From positions 1-61,688 of the IMG/VR virus record IMGVR_UViG_3300035541_000081: a stretch of DNA of 61,688 bases. One strand, written 5' to 3'. Made by a program: the position numbers and the translations under genes. Position 1 is the stretch's first letter. Each line of letters opens with the position of its first letter. Positions 41,801 through 47,530 of this stretch are shown piece by piece. The DNA is from a virus. Under the pieces are notes generated by a model, which made no database searches, was not told where the DNA came from, and saw only the letters and a list, made by a program, of their open reading frames with translations.

Positions 41801-44651
41801 TAACGTATCTTGGGATGCCATTTTTATCAACCCCACGAGGGATAGCTATTGGTGCGCCATGGGATACACTTGTACTTCCTGCCAATCTTTCCGGGTTTGG
41901 ATTATCTGCAATCTTGTCAACCTGCACAAGTGACATTATCCTTTTTCTATCCCTTGGCTGCAATTCTTTAGGATATTCTGGATTTGGCTCCATAGTATCG
42001 TTATGGGATGTGATAAGGCTTTCTACGGGAACTCTATGATATTCAAACTCGATGGGCGTATTATCGTTTAGGTATGTGGTGCCCGACTTGGTCCCGACTT
42101 GGTCCCGGCTTGGTCCCGGCTTAGTCTCTGTTTGTGAACCACTAACCATATCAGGATAATCTTTTAGCACAGAATCAGGAACTTTTTTTCCATTCAGTGG
42201 AATCTGATGTGACTTTCCATCCTTGGTCGTAACGGTCAGTGCATCAAATGTAATTTCTTTTCCCGCAAAGGATTTATCCCCAACATATTTCTTGCCTTCG
42301 CCCTTCTTGACATAGGCAATCGTGGCATGTGGCATATAATCAAAGGTTTCACCCTTTGGCAAAGATATGTCAGCTTCCTGCTCAATTTTTTTATTCAGTG
42401 CGTGTAGTTCCGGGCTGTCCACCTCGACCTTGACCACGTCGTATTTGTCGTTTTCAAAAATGGAAACATCGCCCATCTTGGCTGTGATCGGAGGATGGTT
42501 TCCAATAATGGGAGCAACGTCCATGGGTGTATTGGTTTTAAGTCCATACTTAACAGTTATATGTGGCTCATCCTCTCGGCCATAGGAGGAGTCGTTTGGA
42601 TCTGTATAAATCTCTGAGTCTGGGATGTTCTTGGCAAAAGCACGGATTTCATTTGCGTCTTTGGTTGGAATGTCTACCTGGGTGCTGCTGTGGTCGTAAA
42701 TTCTATTGTTTTCAGAAGCCTGCTGATCCTCAACCACCGTCAATTTCCTTTCCGGCATGATGGAGTTCGCGCCACTGTCAAGGGTGATGTGCCAGTTCTT
42801 CCCATGTTTTTTGTTCAGGGTGCCAAAGAACTCTTTACCCTTTTTATTTTTCCAGGTTACGGAGGTGCCTGGAGTCATGGGGGTGTCTGTGGTGGTGATT
42901 TCATCGGTCATGGGGGTGACTGTGGACTCTTTTTGAGCCTCAATGACTTTACTCCCCTTAATCCCGCCAGGGGCCTGTTCATCAACAATACCGGGGCCGA
43001 TTATATTTCCAACATCATCCGGGGTAATCTCCGGTCCACCCGCGTTGTCAATGTCCAGATTTGCGTAAAGACTCTCAACCTCATTGTCTTCCATCTTCGG
43101 AATATCGGCCATGTCCTGTGGCTCTTCTGTCTCAAATAGGGATTCTGTCTCCGGGATGGCTTCTGCTTGCTGTTCTTCCTCAACGGACACCGCCTGACTT
43201 GGGACAACATCCACTGGTACCGCCTGCTCTGCTGTCTCAGGTGACGCCGAGTCCGGTGTCTCAACGATTGTTGACGGTTCAGGTGTTTCGGTTTCCTCCA
43301 TTTGCTGTAAAACACCACGCGCCTGCACAAGCTCTTGTAGGTATTGTTCAATCCTATTTTTTTGTGCATCGGTTGGGTTTTGAAACTCAGATAGATTTTT
43401 TACTTTGGTTTCCAGCTTGGCCACATGTTCAACAACCCGACCTTTTTCCACTTCCCGGGCGCCTGCCTGACGAACCTCCTCCTCCATTGCGGCAAACTCA
43501 ACAAAGTTGCCGTTAATGTCGATGGTTTCCCCCTGGTCAATGCGATCCATGGCCATGTCCGCAAAGGCTTTGGCGTTTTCTTTCCCTTCCGGGGTATTAT
43601 CCGCGTCAACAATGGCTTTCTCCAGAGCCTCAACGGCTTTCTCCCGGGCCTGGGGATTTTCCATATCATTTAACTGCCGCTTCAATGATCTTTTCTGAAC
43701 TGTTGTCATGGCCCCGGAACCAACTCCGAAAAGCAAACTCATGGTGATAGCCGGTATGATTGCTTCCGCTGCCGCTTCTTTCCACGCGCCTTCCTCTGCC
43801 AACCCTAAACCGGTTTCAACCTGCATACCGAGGGCTTCCTGCACCATCTCCGTGGGCACTTCTAATAACGTGTTTTTGGAAAATCCTTTGGCCCATTCTT
43901 TGGCAGGGGTTTTTAGCAGTTCGTTAATGCTTTGCTTGAGCGGCTGGGATACCAGCTTGTCGACCTTAAATATCTTTAACCCGATATAGCCGGTCACAGC
44001 CTCAATGCCACCTTCTATAAATCCTTGCTTTAATGCCGCTTTGTGAGCGTCTTCTTCATTGATGCCATGGTCAAGGTATTCCTGCTTCTTTTCCCCGTAT
44101 ACGCCCAGGCCAAAAAGCCCAAGGTTCCCAAGAAATCCACCGGCCAGCGCACCGGCCGGACCACCGAAAGCAGTCCCAACGGCGGCACCGGCAAACGTCG
44201 GCGCAAGCGAAGGCACAGAAGACCGAACGCCACCCTTCCAGCCGCGCGAAAAGAAGTTCTCACCGGCGGCCTCGGATTCATCCAGTTTCATGATATCCAG
44301 GCTTTTGGATTTGTCTGCCATGTCAACCAGACCCTGGCCGATGTTCTCAACAACGTCCAGTCCACCATCAGGATCTATCGTTTTCAACGCATACCCGCCC
44401 ATCCGGGTAAGGTCTGCCGCGCCCCGGGCAAGGTTGGATGCTACATCCCCAACAAACCCGCGCTCAGGGGAAACACCGCCTTTTGCCTGAATCGGCCCTG
44501 GCGCATATTGTTCCTGGTCTTCAAACAAATCTCGATAACCCGGCGCATTGTCCCAGGCAAGCTTATGTTTTTTTTCCAGTTCGTCCGGGTCTTGTTTACT
44601 GAACCTGTCAAGGATTCCGCTGTTTATGTCGTCGTCTGTTAGGTATGGCAT
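28464..44651 (-). CDS. giant multidomain 'polyvalent' virion/ejection protein (5,395 aa)
   Basis: Uninterrupted 16,188-nt ORF in the late operon. Ordered catalytic motifs of 2H phosphoesterase, ParB-like, N6-MTase, SNF2 helicase, ART-like x2 and HExxH, with hydrophobic N- and C-terminal regions. Confidence 0.9.
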   Translation of the reverse strand: MPYLTDDDINSGILDRFSKQDPDELEKKHKLAWDNAPGYRDLFEDQEQYAPGPIQAKGGVSPERGFVGDVASNLARGAADLTRMGGYALKTIDPDGGLDVVENIGQGLVDMADKSKSLDIMKLDESEAAGENFFSRGWKGGVRSSVPSLAPTFAGAAVGTAFGGPAGALAGGFLGNLGLFGLGVYGEKKQEYLDHGINEEDAHKAALKQGFIEGGIEAVTGYIGLKIFKVDKLVSQPLKQSINELLKTPAKEWAKGFSKNTLLEVPTEMVQEALGMQVETGLGLAEEGAWKEAAAEAIIPAITMSLLFGVGSGAMTTVQKRSLKRQLNDMENPQAREKAVEALEKAIVDADNTPEGKENAKAFADMAMDRIDQGETIDINGNFVEFAAMEEEVRQAGAREVEKGRVVEHVAKLETKVKNLSEFQNPTDAQKNRIEQYLQELVQARGVLQQMEETETPEPSTIVETPDSASPETAEQAVPVDVVPSQAVSVEEEQQAEAIPETESLFETEEPQDMADIPKMEDNEVESLYANLDIDNAGGPEITPDDVGNIIGPGIVDEQAPGGIKGSKVIEAQKESTVTPMTDEITTTDTPMTPGTSVTWKNKKGKEFFGTLNKKHGKNWHITLDSGANSIMPERKLTVVEDQQASENNRIYDHSSTQVDIPTKDANEIRAFAKNIPDSEIYTDPNDSSYGREDEPHITVKYGLKTNTPMDVAPIIGNHPPITAKMGDVSIFENDKYDVVKVEVDSPELHALNKKIEQEADISLPKGETFDYMPHATIAYVKKGEGKKYVGDKSFAGKEITFDALTVTTKDGKSHQIPLNGKKVPDSVLKDYPDMVSGSQTETKPGPSRDQVGTKSGTTYLNDNTPIEFEYHRVPVESLITSHNDTMEPNPEYPKELQPRDRKRIMSLVQVDKIADNPNPERLAGSTSVSHGAPIAIPRGVDKNGIPRYVIISGNARTMALRKAQTNDKLSAYLKYFDQNADNFGTDTDGVLIRVVDPEKIGDLVSFAQKANETDIAKMSSTEQAIVDAGNLSSDDLAMFRPDQDGNLMAATNKGFIDLFLDKMSPEERSGYITDDGRANKQLIDRVQAAVFQKAYNSDELLKLSAEEASTDIKNILNGLTNGASNFVKARGLDKDLADIGIVNDIVDGIELLRRAKKEYPDIKAGNGRTALQAQLRQTIDQGDLFGGGPSEEVTAIAQFLADNIRSGKRIGEFFDSIGVRLRAYIADLAQAEMFGTKKTLTSKDLIETAKEFLHEKYEDKQQNLFEEQADKGRVPGSETGDTARSDQGRDEDPGRTGASTRQEVTYEEDPTKKGFKVGDKVVLDIDSKKHPFASQDPVEIKSISKNGMLTLKGVPGKERFPEDFKKFEPVDTENKADYGAKNKVFTKDAADKAREVLRKKLSGNQLNSGIDPEIMLAGIQLAGYHVEAGARTFAEYSKAMVNDVGESVKPYLRSFYEGVRHFPGFDSAGMTESNTLDKGTDAIENETTPAPTPTTEEVNDDQSQESQENDGRPGIQSLGQEDGETIPGGRDGVLASNVEPETTGSDNTLETSAPEDVRGSEAPGAVEGNGLRPGMQDDGGVGRAEGRRDEQFGREDASGTGLDDNGPGGAERARGTGIPGESDRVLENYHIEDPEALIGGTPKVRFKKNQKAIEVFNEVSNEGRRPTAEERDTMAAYIGWGSFGQELFQGTFENPTYKDGWAKEGEWLRSHLGKSAWESAQRSIRNAHYTDPPTVSAVWDIVKQLGFNGGRVLEPSMGVGNFFGLMPKGLKSNSDLTGIELDETTAGMAKMLYPEANIQQMGYQDSKTADEFYDLVLGNWPFDAQGPADRRYNKYNLTLHDYFFVKALDQVREGGLVVGITASGTMDKVGKIARRQMEKRADLVAAFRMPAGAFQKYAGTKVVADVIILKKRAEGAAVNHDAAWLENTVLGKAADGKEIKVNEYWTHKPENVLGNMTIGHGTTQGREGMIVERKRGYEDVLSSLTERLPKNIFTKRGQIDHVNYITNNTTERQNSVTIKDNGLYIVRGERLARLDDTLKYSVKDEKKTAAREAELKSLVRIRERYGKLLDAERNGEKTAENHRTILNQLYKAFVKKYGNLNGSFALKHFVRAGDPMAPAMAALEKNTGTKENPVYEPAKIFTASTQRQKAEIKNPSISDAFVMTRNEVARVVDIEAIAEKAGTTPEAVKAELIKKDAVFETPAGTFEVKDIYLSGNVREKLREAKAAKEDGLDMDRNIKSLEAVIPDDIPYFNIEANLGAAWIPSETYKQFITETANLPEDIAKGIHITPSNNGWIVKFDDAGQIDGRQEVKTIWATPRASFTKILKAAFTGQTITIKSKDEDGNEFVDQEASAAANEKVDAFREALKDWIWKDVDRRVALEQHYNETMNAWATPAYDGSFLSFDGMMLQMGESEFNLRKHQVNAIWRGVANGRGLYAHEVGTGKTFTMGGIAVESRRYGLAKKPLILGHNANSASVADDIQSMYPGAKVLYIDNLTPKTIDQKLYQIANDDWDAVVLPHSLLDRLTLSRETLDRLAQDEIMSLEEEAIASAADEGFDIEHILDDEDALKKIRGATTAKEMVKQRNRIIQNIEKQSQAASREGAIPFESLGVDMLIVDEVHEFKKPPLSTKMKVKGLNTTASGRSIGLNFLTSYVKEQNNGKGVHTFTGTPITNTLNEIYNHMRYVMSNEMEKADVLSWDSWFNTFASVESDIERTSSGDYEMVSRLSGFHNVSELRKFAGQYMDIVFAEDMPEFVPRKTKNGKDLHSKDLTDAERDELVNGRVDKGNPSGRPYKKLVNEVADMSEEQRGILQTLVDRAKSFKDASGKERRDIMKSGDPRNPVIIETDAAKAGFDPRLYDKELSDHPRNKINRCVTNVLKHYQEHEKASQVIFMDKGYNDQATRSRSDGAGGKAKFKVDTFNASKDLKNKLIEGGIPAEQIAIVNSSVAKKKRLEIANKVNSGEIRVVIGLTSTLGTGTNMQENLRAMHHLDAPWMPGELEQRNGRGHRQGNRWNTVLEYRYITESIDARRWQVLAKKQKMITDFLKAKEGVRSIEGDAVDLVSKDLDEINSSFSEAAGDARILIREKLKKDIDKLEKKERTHGQGVVDAKNKIKDIEGRRLPNLKDRVKGLQSDMSHYQSVSKEPWSITIDGKKYTKRQKANVAFEKLSLKLSAQGLRLTEKKNIGTYRGFDIMVSGSVGQGNTYTLERDLSYPIKPATGSIDFLTRNFPSMLDNARKQVSEETNALDKFKQVVKEPFAQEEALKNKKESLDQLEQDLESNPDAPPSWLAQGAPVGTEVYYKGEPWEVDGHRKGEHGHYLIVKQGENQEVVDYREVMDENNMPVYEALEGDVADGVKIPTTSNDKRNTDSKEFKKWFKNSEIVDEEGKPLVVYHATIYPFTVFDKNRNMENDTPTGMFSFAFTSKFAEEFGTRVAMRQKDGVFQDGDRMIAPGLHVKPVYIRAENIFKPHELADSGEIDTVTEFLRKTGRIKSKEDFNKSIKETPNAWGGDYNNYLDIETERALNARHEYLFFENPVALKALGYDGVLFKEDGQEVLSVLEPTQIKSIYNTGTWDGSNPDIRYQTSDDKQNADTKTLDKKYFDAIQRGDMEAAQQLVNEAAEKSGAPIFEKTNETGFSIRRTSPPKKTVKVYKAFRMRDGKLYPMFVGAKDELPINQWMDATEGGYHFTADNGREYIPADTGVSIKIPNDEVRQELFKRGYIKKPTTKSIKSVAYRPGWHGGEVPFFPQAGNAVFNNKKKKLVPEVPDGYSYPNVHEFDTVIAEVEMDADYNYKQEYLDSAARNKDGSINKTLSGLRRIPKGGYYEYATNPLFKDRPELGKWYISGSVKINKILSQKEVNKRLAKIDVPQQLWNKSKDTEFNVLDLNRLGYDPQFNHLHHKLLDPVTYDDNGNPIPLSKRFDLTKTDPRYSSASTIDKAPGQGITLDQIKSKYKNQQITTNPDGILSIRFTNGKGVRIKTVDHIGGDDIRFAMESGRMKRDGVILGKYQDGEITLNTNMADMETAIHENYHALKALGMITPADEKTLNNLTKMLKAQKKNRYDIQEDMEENQANTLAQLVADRANYREGSNVNALIQKIVDFFDALVHIGRQSARKLAREYESGDIYGREANGLSKGTPNFQTAGNTDSEAFKKWFDGSVAKTKSGEPVSFFHGSPNRFTVFEDRPGESTTHTASGLGHFFTMDRDYANSYAKDSGNVIEAYLQMKKPYKMSLDEAQSFETVTDSIIKKRKLRLRGYDSIIIPVPGASPLISVFSSGQVKSVANRGTWDGSNPDIRYQTSDDAKAPTESEKKKVYGQIASGLQHVIKNRKNKGPGYKKDIGVLENTMGLMSHYSESIPALKRTFEELLKRPEWKFQKENELSKNGEESMIGTMEDLQKHNKAAYSDLKEYLVDRDINQIGAVLIQDEDGTWTIKSPKDERTGKRSILEEGILTKNKARDLAIQYEVDEYPDPAARDALRAFRTVTANLHDFYAESWESIIEEYEERGLTLPEVVTRTEAGENRINLKVALSKMGERSSYYFPRQRSNGDWRVYAEKEGEHPFIEYRDFKSTADYLAGKMESQGYTVQVEKTGSMSEDVYQNVKSILSTQAMVNQALSETKLDTKLRTLKDLGINGEWRGEDYVLPAGGVYEWSESVLKKLGGQPYSDLGRGGNSWSPGYRFDNAPKDMPDIVTNALFQAQGQDADVSFEIAKSLANQLADDLRARGSRARMISRSDATGKDVPMGYETDPLKALAQAVNSAAGGYAKQQVAVNTSKAITGQHYTWNEWQKQHPDYDALQAVEESLKTMQKNSKTENERIDAIDQKIKELQRERVGVNTESEAARQDRLFRIGTLFREKEKIRKWKNDDQAAAAHQELARLRGKIHKEYRQYIQDNMLDPKRQKRAYTDAVNAVENVLKNDEAADRVISTLKGLASAWFLGGRLSSAAINLTAMGTTVPAAMDAYGGVPLRKTATHIAKAGKSYASFVTGKGTVPNADRAILEEIFSRGWVAAQLNMETVNALKSGPAQKYGRAVELLMTPFKITEEFNRGTTLLAAYKGIMSENPSMSKEDALSKAKTVSDRAHGIYGVENQPALLRKGRGLRAASAMYIFQTFMHNYMTTLSYMIGRRQAAASTYMILSPMIFGGAASSLALPVVQMIFRAMGEDDPEEKIYQVAEDMFGESGGDIARYGLPGLAGVSLKGSLAPGLPDFKEPLDVLGPIGGMMRNIYQGGVNITQGNYLKGVEKITPLAMGNIAKAYRETSEGITTRAGDQVFFGNEQVQGDLGTGIMRAAGLNPTKIAKPREIQWNETKLKRQYAEKKRRIYSRIVRYHAQPVSKKNPDEWQDIVIEVKKFNARVKSNELTDIVPRITRQTIKSRIRRAFRPSKRERTRE
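31740..32140 (-). other. giant ORF: ART-like module 2
   Basis: SFFHGSPNRFTVFED...GLGHFFT...ISVFSSGQVKSVANRGTWDGSNPDIRYQTSDD. Coordinates approximate. Confidence 0.4.
32350..32800 (-). other. giant ORF: HExxH zincin-like metallopeptidase motif region
   Basis: METAIHENYHALKALG (HENYH coded at about 32547-32573). Domain limits approximate. Confidence 0.4.
33895..34480 (-). other. giant ORF: ART-like module 1
   Basis: PLVVYHATIYPFTVFD...LSVLEPTQIKSIYNTGTWDGSNPDIRYQTSDD. Coordinates approximate. Confidence 0.4.
35560..37420 (-). other. giant ORF: SNF2/DEAD-like helicase
   Basis: LRKHQVNAIWRG, YAHEVGTGKTF (motif I, about 37305-37335), MLIVDEVHEF (motif II, about 36781-36810), LGTGTNMQ...APWMPGELEQRNGRGHRQGN (motifs V/VI). 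Confidence 0.85.
38900..39780 (-). other. giant ORF: gamma-class N6-adenine DNA methyltransferase
   Basis: Motif I VLEPSMGVGNFFG (about 39365-39395) precedes motif IV LVLGNWPF (about 39183-39200). Confidence 0.7.
41600..42060 (-). other. giant ORF: ParB/Srx-like nuclease/NTPase domain
   Basis: IEFEYHRVPVESLITSHN ... PRYVIISGNARTMALRKA. Coordinates approximate. Confidence 0.5.
42079..42122. repeat. 11-bp tandem repeat x4 inside the giant ORF (g[tg/gt]cccg[a/g]ctt)
   Basis: gtgcccgactt ggtcccgactt ggtcccggctt ggtcccggctt. The unit length is not a multiple of 3. Encodes KPGPSRDQVGTKSGT. Confidence 0.9.
42150..42690 (-). other. giant ORF: 2H phosphoesterase (LigT/Acb1-like fold) domain
   Basis: Two H-x-T-x motifs: EPHITVKYG (His codon 42561-42563) and MPHATIAYV (His codon 42327-42329), 78 residues apart. 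Confidence 0.6.
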
Positions 44652-44679
44652 TTAAAAACAACCTTTATCAAAGTGAGTA

Positions 44680-45618
44680 TCAACGATATCTTGGATTAAC
44701 GCTTTTGTTGGAGCTTTCAAGGAATTTAAAAGGGTTCGGGCTTATCGGTTTATTTCTGATGGCACCTCCTAATGGATTGGCAGACCCTCTATATTGTGGA
44801 CCATAGACTGGTCTTGTGTCTTTAGATGGATTAACCGCCGGCGACCTTGAAAAATCGGTTTTGGCATGTGATGCTTTCATGCTTATTTGCGGTGTTTTAG
44901 GTGTAGAGATCGCCGTCTCATTGCCACGTTCATTAAAAAATCTTCTACGGCCATCTTTGCCTTCTATCCAATCCATGCGACCGGTGGTATTACCCCCTTG
45001 ACCACGACCACGCATTGCGGACAACTCACCATCTGTAAAATCTATTTCTTTAATGTCAATCCCGTTTTTTTTAGCGTTCTGAAGCTTTTTTGCTATGGAT
45101 AAATCAAGCGTTTCCCTTGAGAGCCCCCCCGCATTTTTTTTGAATGTATCCCAGGCAGCCATGGTATTTCCAGGCGCAGAGGATGGTACACCCCCAAGCT
45201 CTCCATCGCTATCGAGCCCTTGCATCTTTGCAAACCGTTCAAATAAGGCATTGTTTCGATCAAGACCAAAGCGCCGGTCTCTGTCGGTTGCGTTGGAGTT
45301 GAAGATGTCCCGATTGAGGGTGTTCGTCATTTTTTTACGTCGCGTTTCACCAATTTGACGCCTGTTTGCTGTTGCCAAGGCGCCTTCCTGGTTCCTGTTT
45401 GCAACACCCAACAAACCTTTATTCTTTTTTTCTTGTAATGCAAGAGCTCTTTTATTTTCAGCGTCTTTCATTTGGTTTGTGCGAAAATCTTCCATAGAAG
45501 CCCGCTGCTGAAAAGCCCTGCTTGTCGGATCATTCCGAGTTCGTTCATTCCATTCACGCCGACTTCTTTCCTGCGCACGACGACGCTGACCTTCATAAAT
45601 TAAATTTGCTGCTGACAT
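44680..45618 (-). CDS. basic, low-complexity internal virion/ejection-type protein
   Basis: 312 aa, R/K/N/G-rich, immediately upstream of the giant ORF. Confidence 0.6.
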   Translation of the reverse strand: MSAANLIYEGQRRRAQERSRREWNERTRNDPTSRAFQQRASMEDFRTNQMKDAENKRALALQEKKNKGLLGVANRNQEGALATANRRQIGETRRKKMTNTLNRDIFNSNATDRDRRFGLDRNNALFERFAKMQGLDSDGELGGVPSSAPGNTMAAWDTFKKNAGGLSRETLDLSIAKKLQNAKKNGIDIKEIDFTDGELSAMRGRGQGGNTTGRMDWIEGKDGRRRFFNERGNETAISTPKTPQISMKASHAKTDFSRSPAVNPSKDTRPVYGPQYRGSANPLGGAIRNKPISPNPFKFLESSNKSVNPRYR

Positions 45619-45658
45619 TATATAACTCCATAAAATAAAATTTTAAAACCATTCCGTA

Positions 45659-47521
45659 CTAACCATCATAACTATAATTATGCGATTCTGAGTAACTTGT
45701 TTGATCTGAACTGGAAGAAGTAATACCTTGACTCGCGCTGGCATTCACCGCATTCATCGCACTGGCCGCCAACTGTGCATTAACATTCATAATACCTTCT
45801 GTTCCTTTAATCGCCAGTTCTTTCAAGGCCACATATGAATTAGTTTCACTCTCGATTTCCGCTAATGCTTTTTGTAATTTCGCTTTAGTAAGCTCAATCT
45901 GAGATGACAGCTCTGCAATTTGTGTTCTAAATTTCATTTCCTGAACACCAGCTTCAGCCTGATAAGCACTTACATTTGCCTGGTAACCTTTGAGGGACAA
46001 GTCAGCGTTTCGTAATTCAGCATCAATTTCAACACGGTAAGATTCAAGCTGTGTCTTATATTCTTCAATTTTTAATTGGTTTGCATTAATAACCGCTTCG
46101 GCCTTAACGCGCTCTGACTCAAGCACACCAAGTTGACCTCTAACTTCAGCTTCATAAGCAGCAACTTCGCTCCGGAATCCATCGGCTCTGGTAGCCTCTG
46201 CACTTACCTCTCCTTGATAGACATCAACTTTTAATTTTTCACCCTGAATCTTAGCAACATAAGCTTCCGTTTGTGTACGGAAAAGATTAAGTTTTAAATT
46301 CTCATAGTCGAGATTTATTTTTGCAGACTCCATCTCAGTTTGATAAATCTGCATAAACAATTCTTGAGCAGCAACTTGAGCCGAATATAAACGAACTCTT
46401 GACTCTTGAACATCAGCAGCAGCTTTAACGCCTTCAACCTGGGCTTTATAAATCTCAGTCGCTGCAATTTCGGCCTGCACTTTTATTTGAAAAACTTCCG
46501 CATCCGCTTTATATTTTTCGATATATAAATTTTGTTTTGCAACAAGAGTATTATAAACCTCAATCGCATTTGAAGCTAAAGTTTGTTGCGCTTGAAGACT
46601 GCGATTTTGCTGTTCATTAAAGAAAGTCACAAGCATTTGCTCAAGCACCACAGCCTGCTGAACAGAAAACTGAACATTTTTTTGTTCAAGCTCTGCCTGA
46701 TTAATCGTTATGTCACGGCTTGCATTGTCATTTTTTGTAGAAATCTCACTACTTACTTGAAGGAGTCTATGAGCCAATGCCCCTGACGGCAAGCCAAATC
46801 CAGTCGCAGCGAATTGATTTTGAACTTCCTGGAATAGCCGATCATTCTCATTTATTTGCCTGGCAAGATAACGATTATAAATATCTTGCTCGACTGTAAC
46901 ATCTAATCCAGTCCCGCCATTAATAATATCATTAAGGATTTTATTAAATAGTGATACTCGAATATCAGAATTATACGCATCCTCAACAAAATTAAACTCC
47001 GTTGGCTCGGTTAATTGATCAAGTGGTGGCTCAACGACATCAAATTTAGCAATGTCAATTGTAGGTGCTGCTGTAAGGCTTAATTCATCCAATACAGGCT
47101 CAGTTGGAAAATTTAACTCTGGTTTTTTCGGAAGCTCTATGCTTGATAAGCTCGGCTCTTCTGGAGCATTTGGATAATTAATACTTGGTTTTGAAACATA
47201 GTTTGAATTAAAATTAAAATTCTTTGTACTTACAGAGCTTGTAACCTCAGGCACGGTAGCCAACTCAACAGGAGTTAAGGCTAAATTATCGAATGTTGGA
47301 AATTCATTAAGTAGCTCTGTAAAGTTTGGAATTGCACCATAGTTTAAATCAGCATAGGATGGAAAAATAACGTCATTTAATTCTTCTGACTCTGGTGCTT
47401 TGAGGCTATTTAAAAGAGCCTCAAGTGTTTGCATATATTGATCAACATTAGTCAATGCATCATCTGCATAAGCCTGAGCATCATCAAATCGTTGCTCTAT
47501 GAGGTCTGCTGTATAGGTCAT
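45659..47521 (-). CDS. long coiled-coil virion protein (ejection/internal-core or tail-associated)
   Basis: 620 aa. The C-terminal two-thirds is Q/A/E/L heptad-like (…QAEIAATEIYKAQVEGVKAAADVQESRVRLYSAQVAAQ…). Confidence 0.65.
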   Translation of the reverse strand: MTYTADLIEQRFDDAQAYADDALTNVDQYMQTLEALLNSLKAPESEELNDVIFPSYADLNYGAIPNFTELLNEFPTFDNLALTPVELATVPEVTSSVSTKNFNFNSNYVSKPSINYPNAPEEPSLSSIELPKKPELNFPTEPVLDELSLTAAPTIDIAKFDVVEPPLDQLTEPTEFNFVEDAYNSDIRVSLFNKILNDIINGGTGLDVTVEQDIYNRYLARQINENDRLFQEVQNQFAATGFGLPSGALAHRLLQVSSEISTKNDNASRDITINQAELEQKNVQFSVQQAVVLEQMLVTFFNEQQNRSLQAQQTLASNAIEVYNTLVAKQNLYIEKYKADAEVFQIKVQAEIAATEIYKAQVEGVKAAADVQESRVRLYSAQVAAQELFMQIYQTEMESAKINLDYENLKLNLFRTQTEAYVAKIQGEKLKVDVYQGEVSAEATRADGFRSEVAAYEAEVRGQLGVLESERVKAEAVINANQLKIEEYKTQLESYRVEIDAELRNADLSLKGYQANVSAYQAEAGVQEMKFRTQIAELSSQIELTKAKLQKALAEIESETNSYVALKELAIKGTEGIMNVNAQLAASAMNAVNASASQGITSSSSDQTSYSESHNYSYDG

Positions 47522-47530
47522 AAATAATCC

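Noticed and set aside
28464-44651. Dozens of 60-210-aa ORFs on both strands inside the giant gene (e.g. 44043..44642 +, 38646..39275 +, 39770..40195 -, 34298..34798 -, 43001..43369 -)
   Set aside because: All are nested in alternative frames of a continuous 16-kb ORF that carries ordered catalytic motifs. Their translations are low-complexity (R/P/G/S-rich), as expected for off-frame reading of GC-rich coding DNA.
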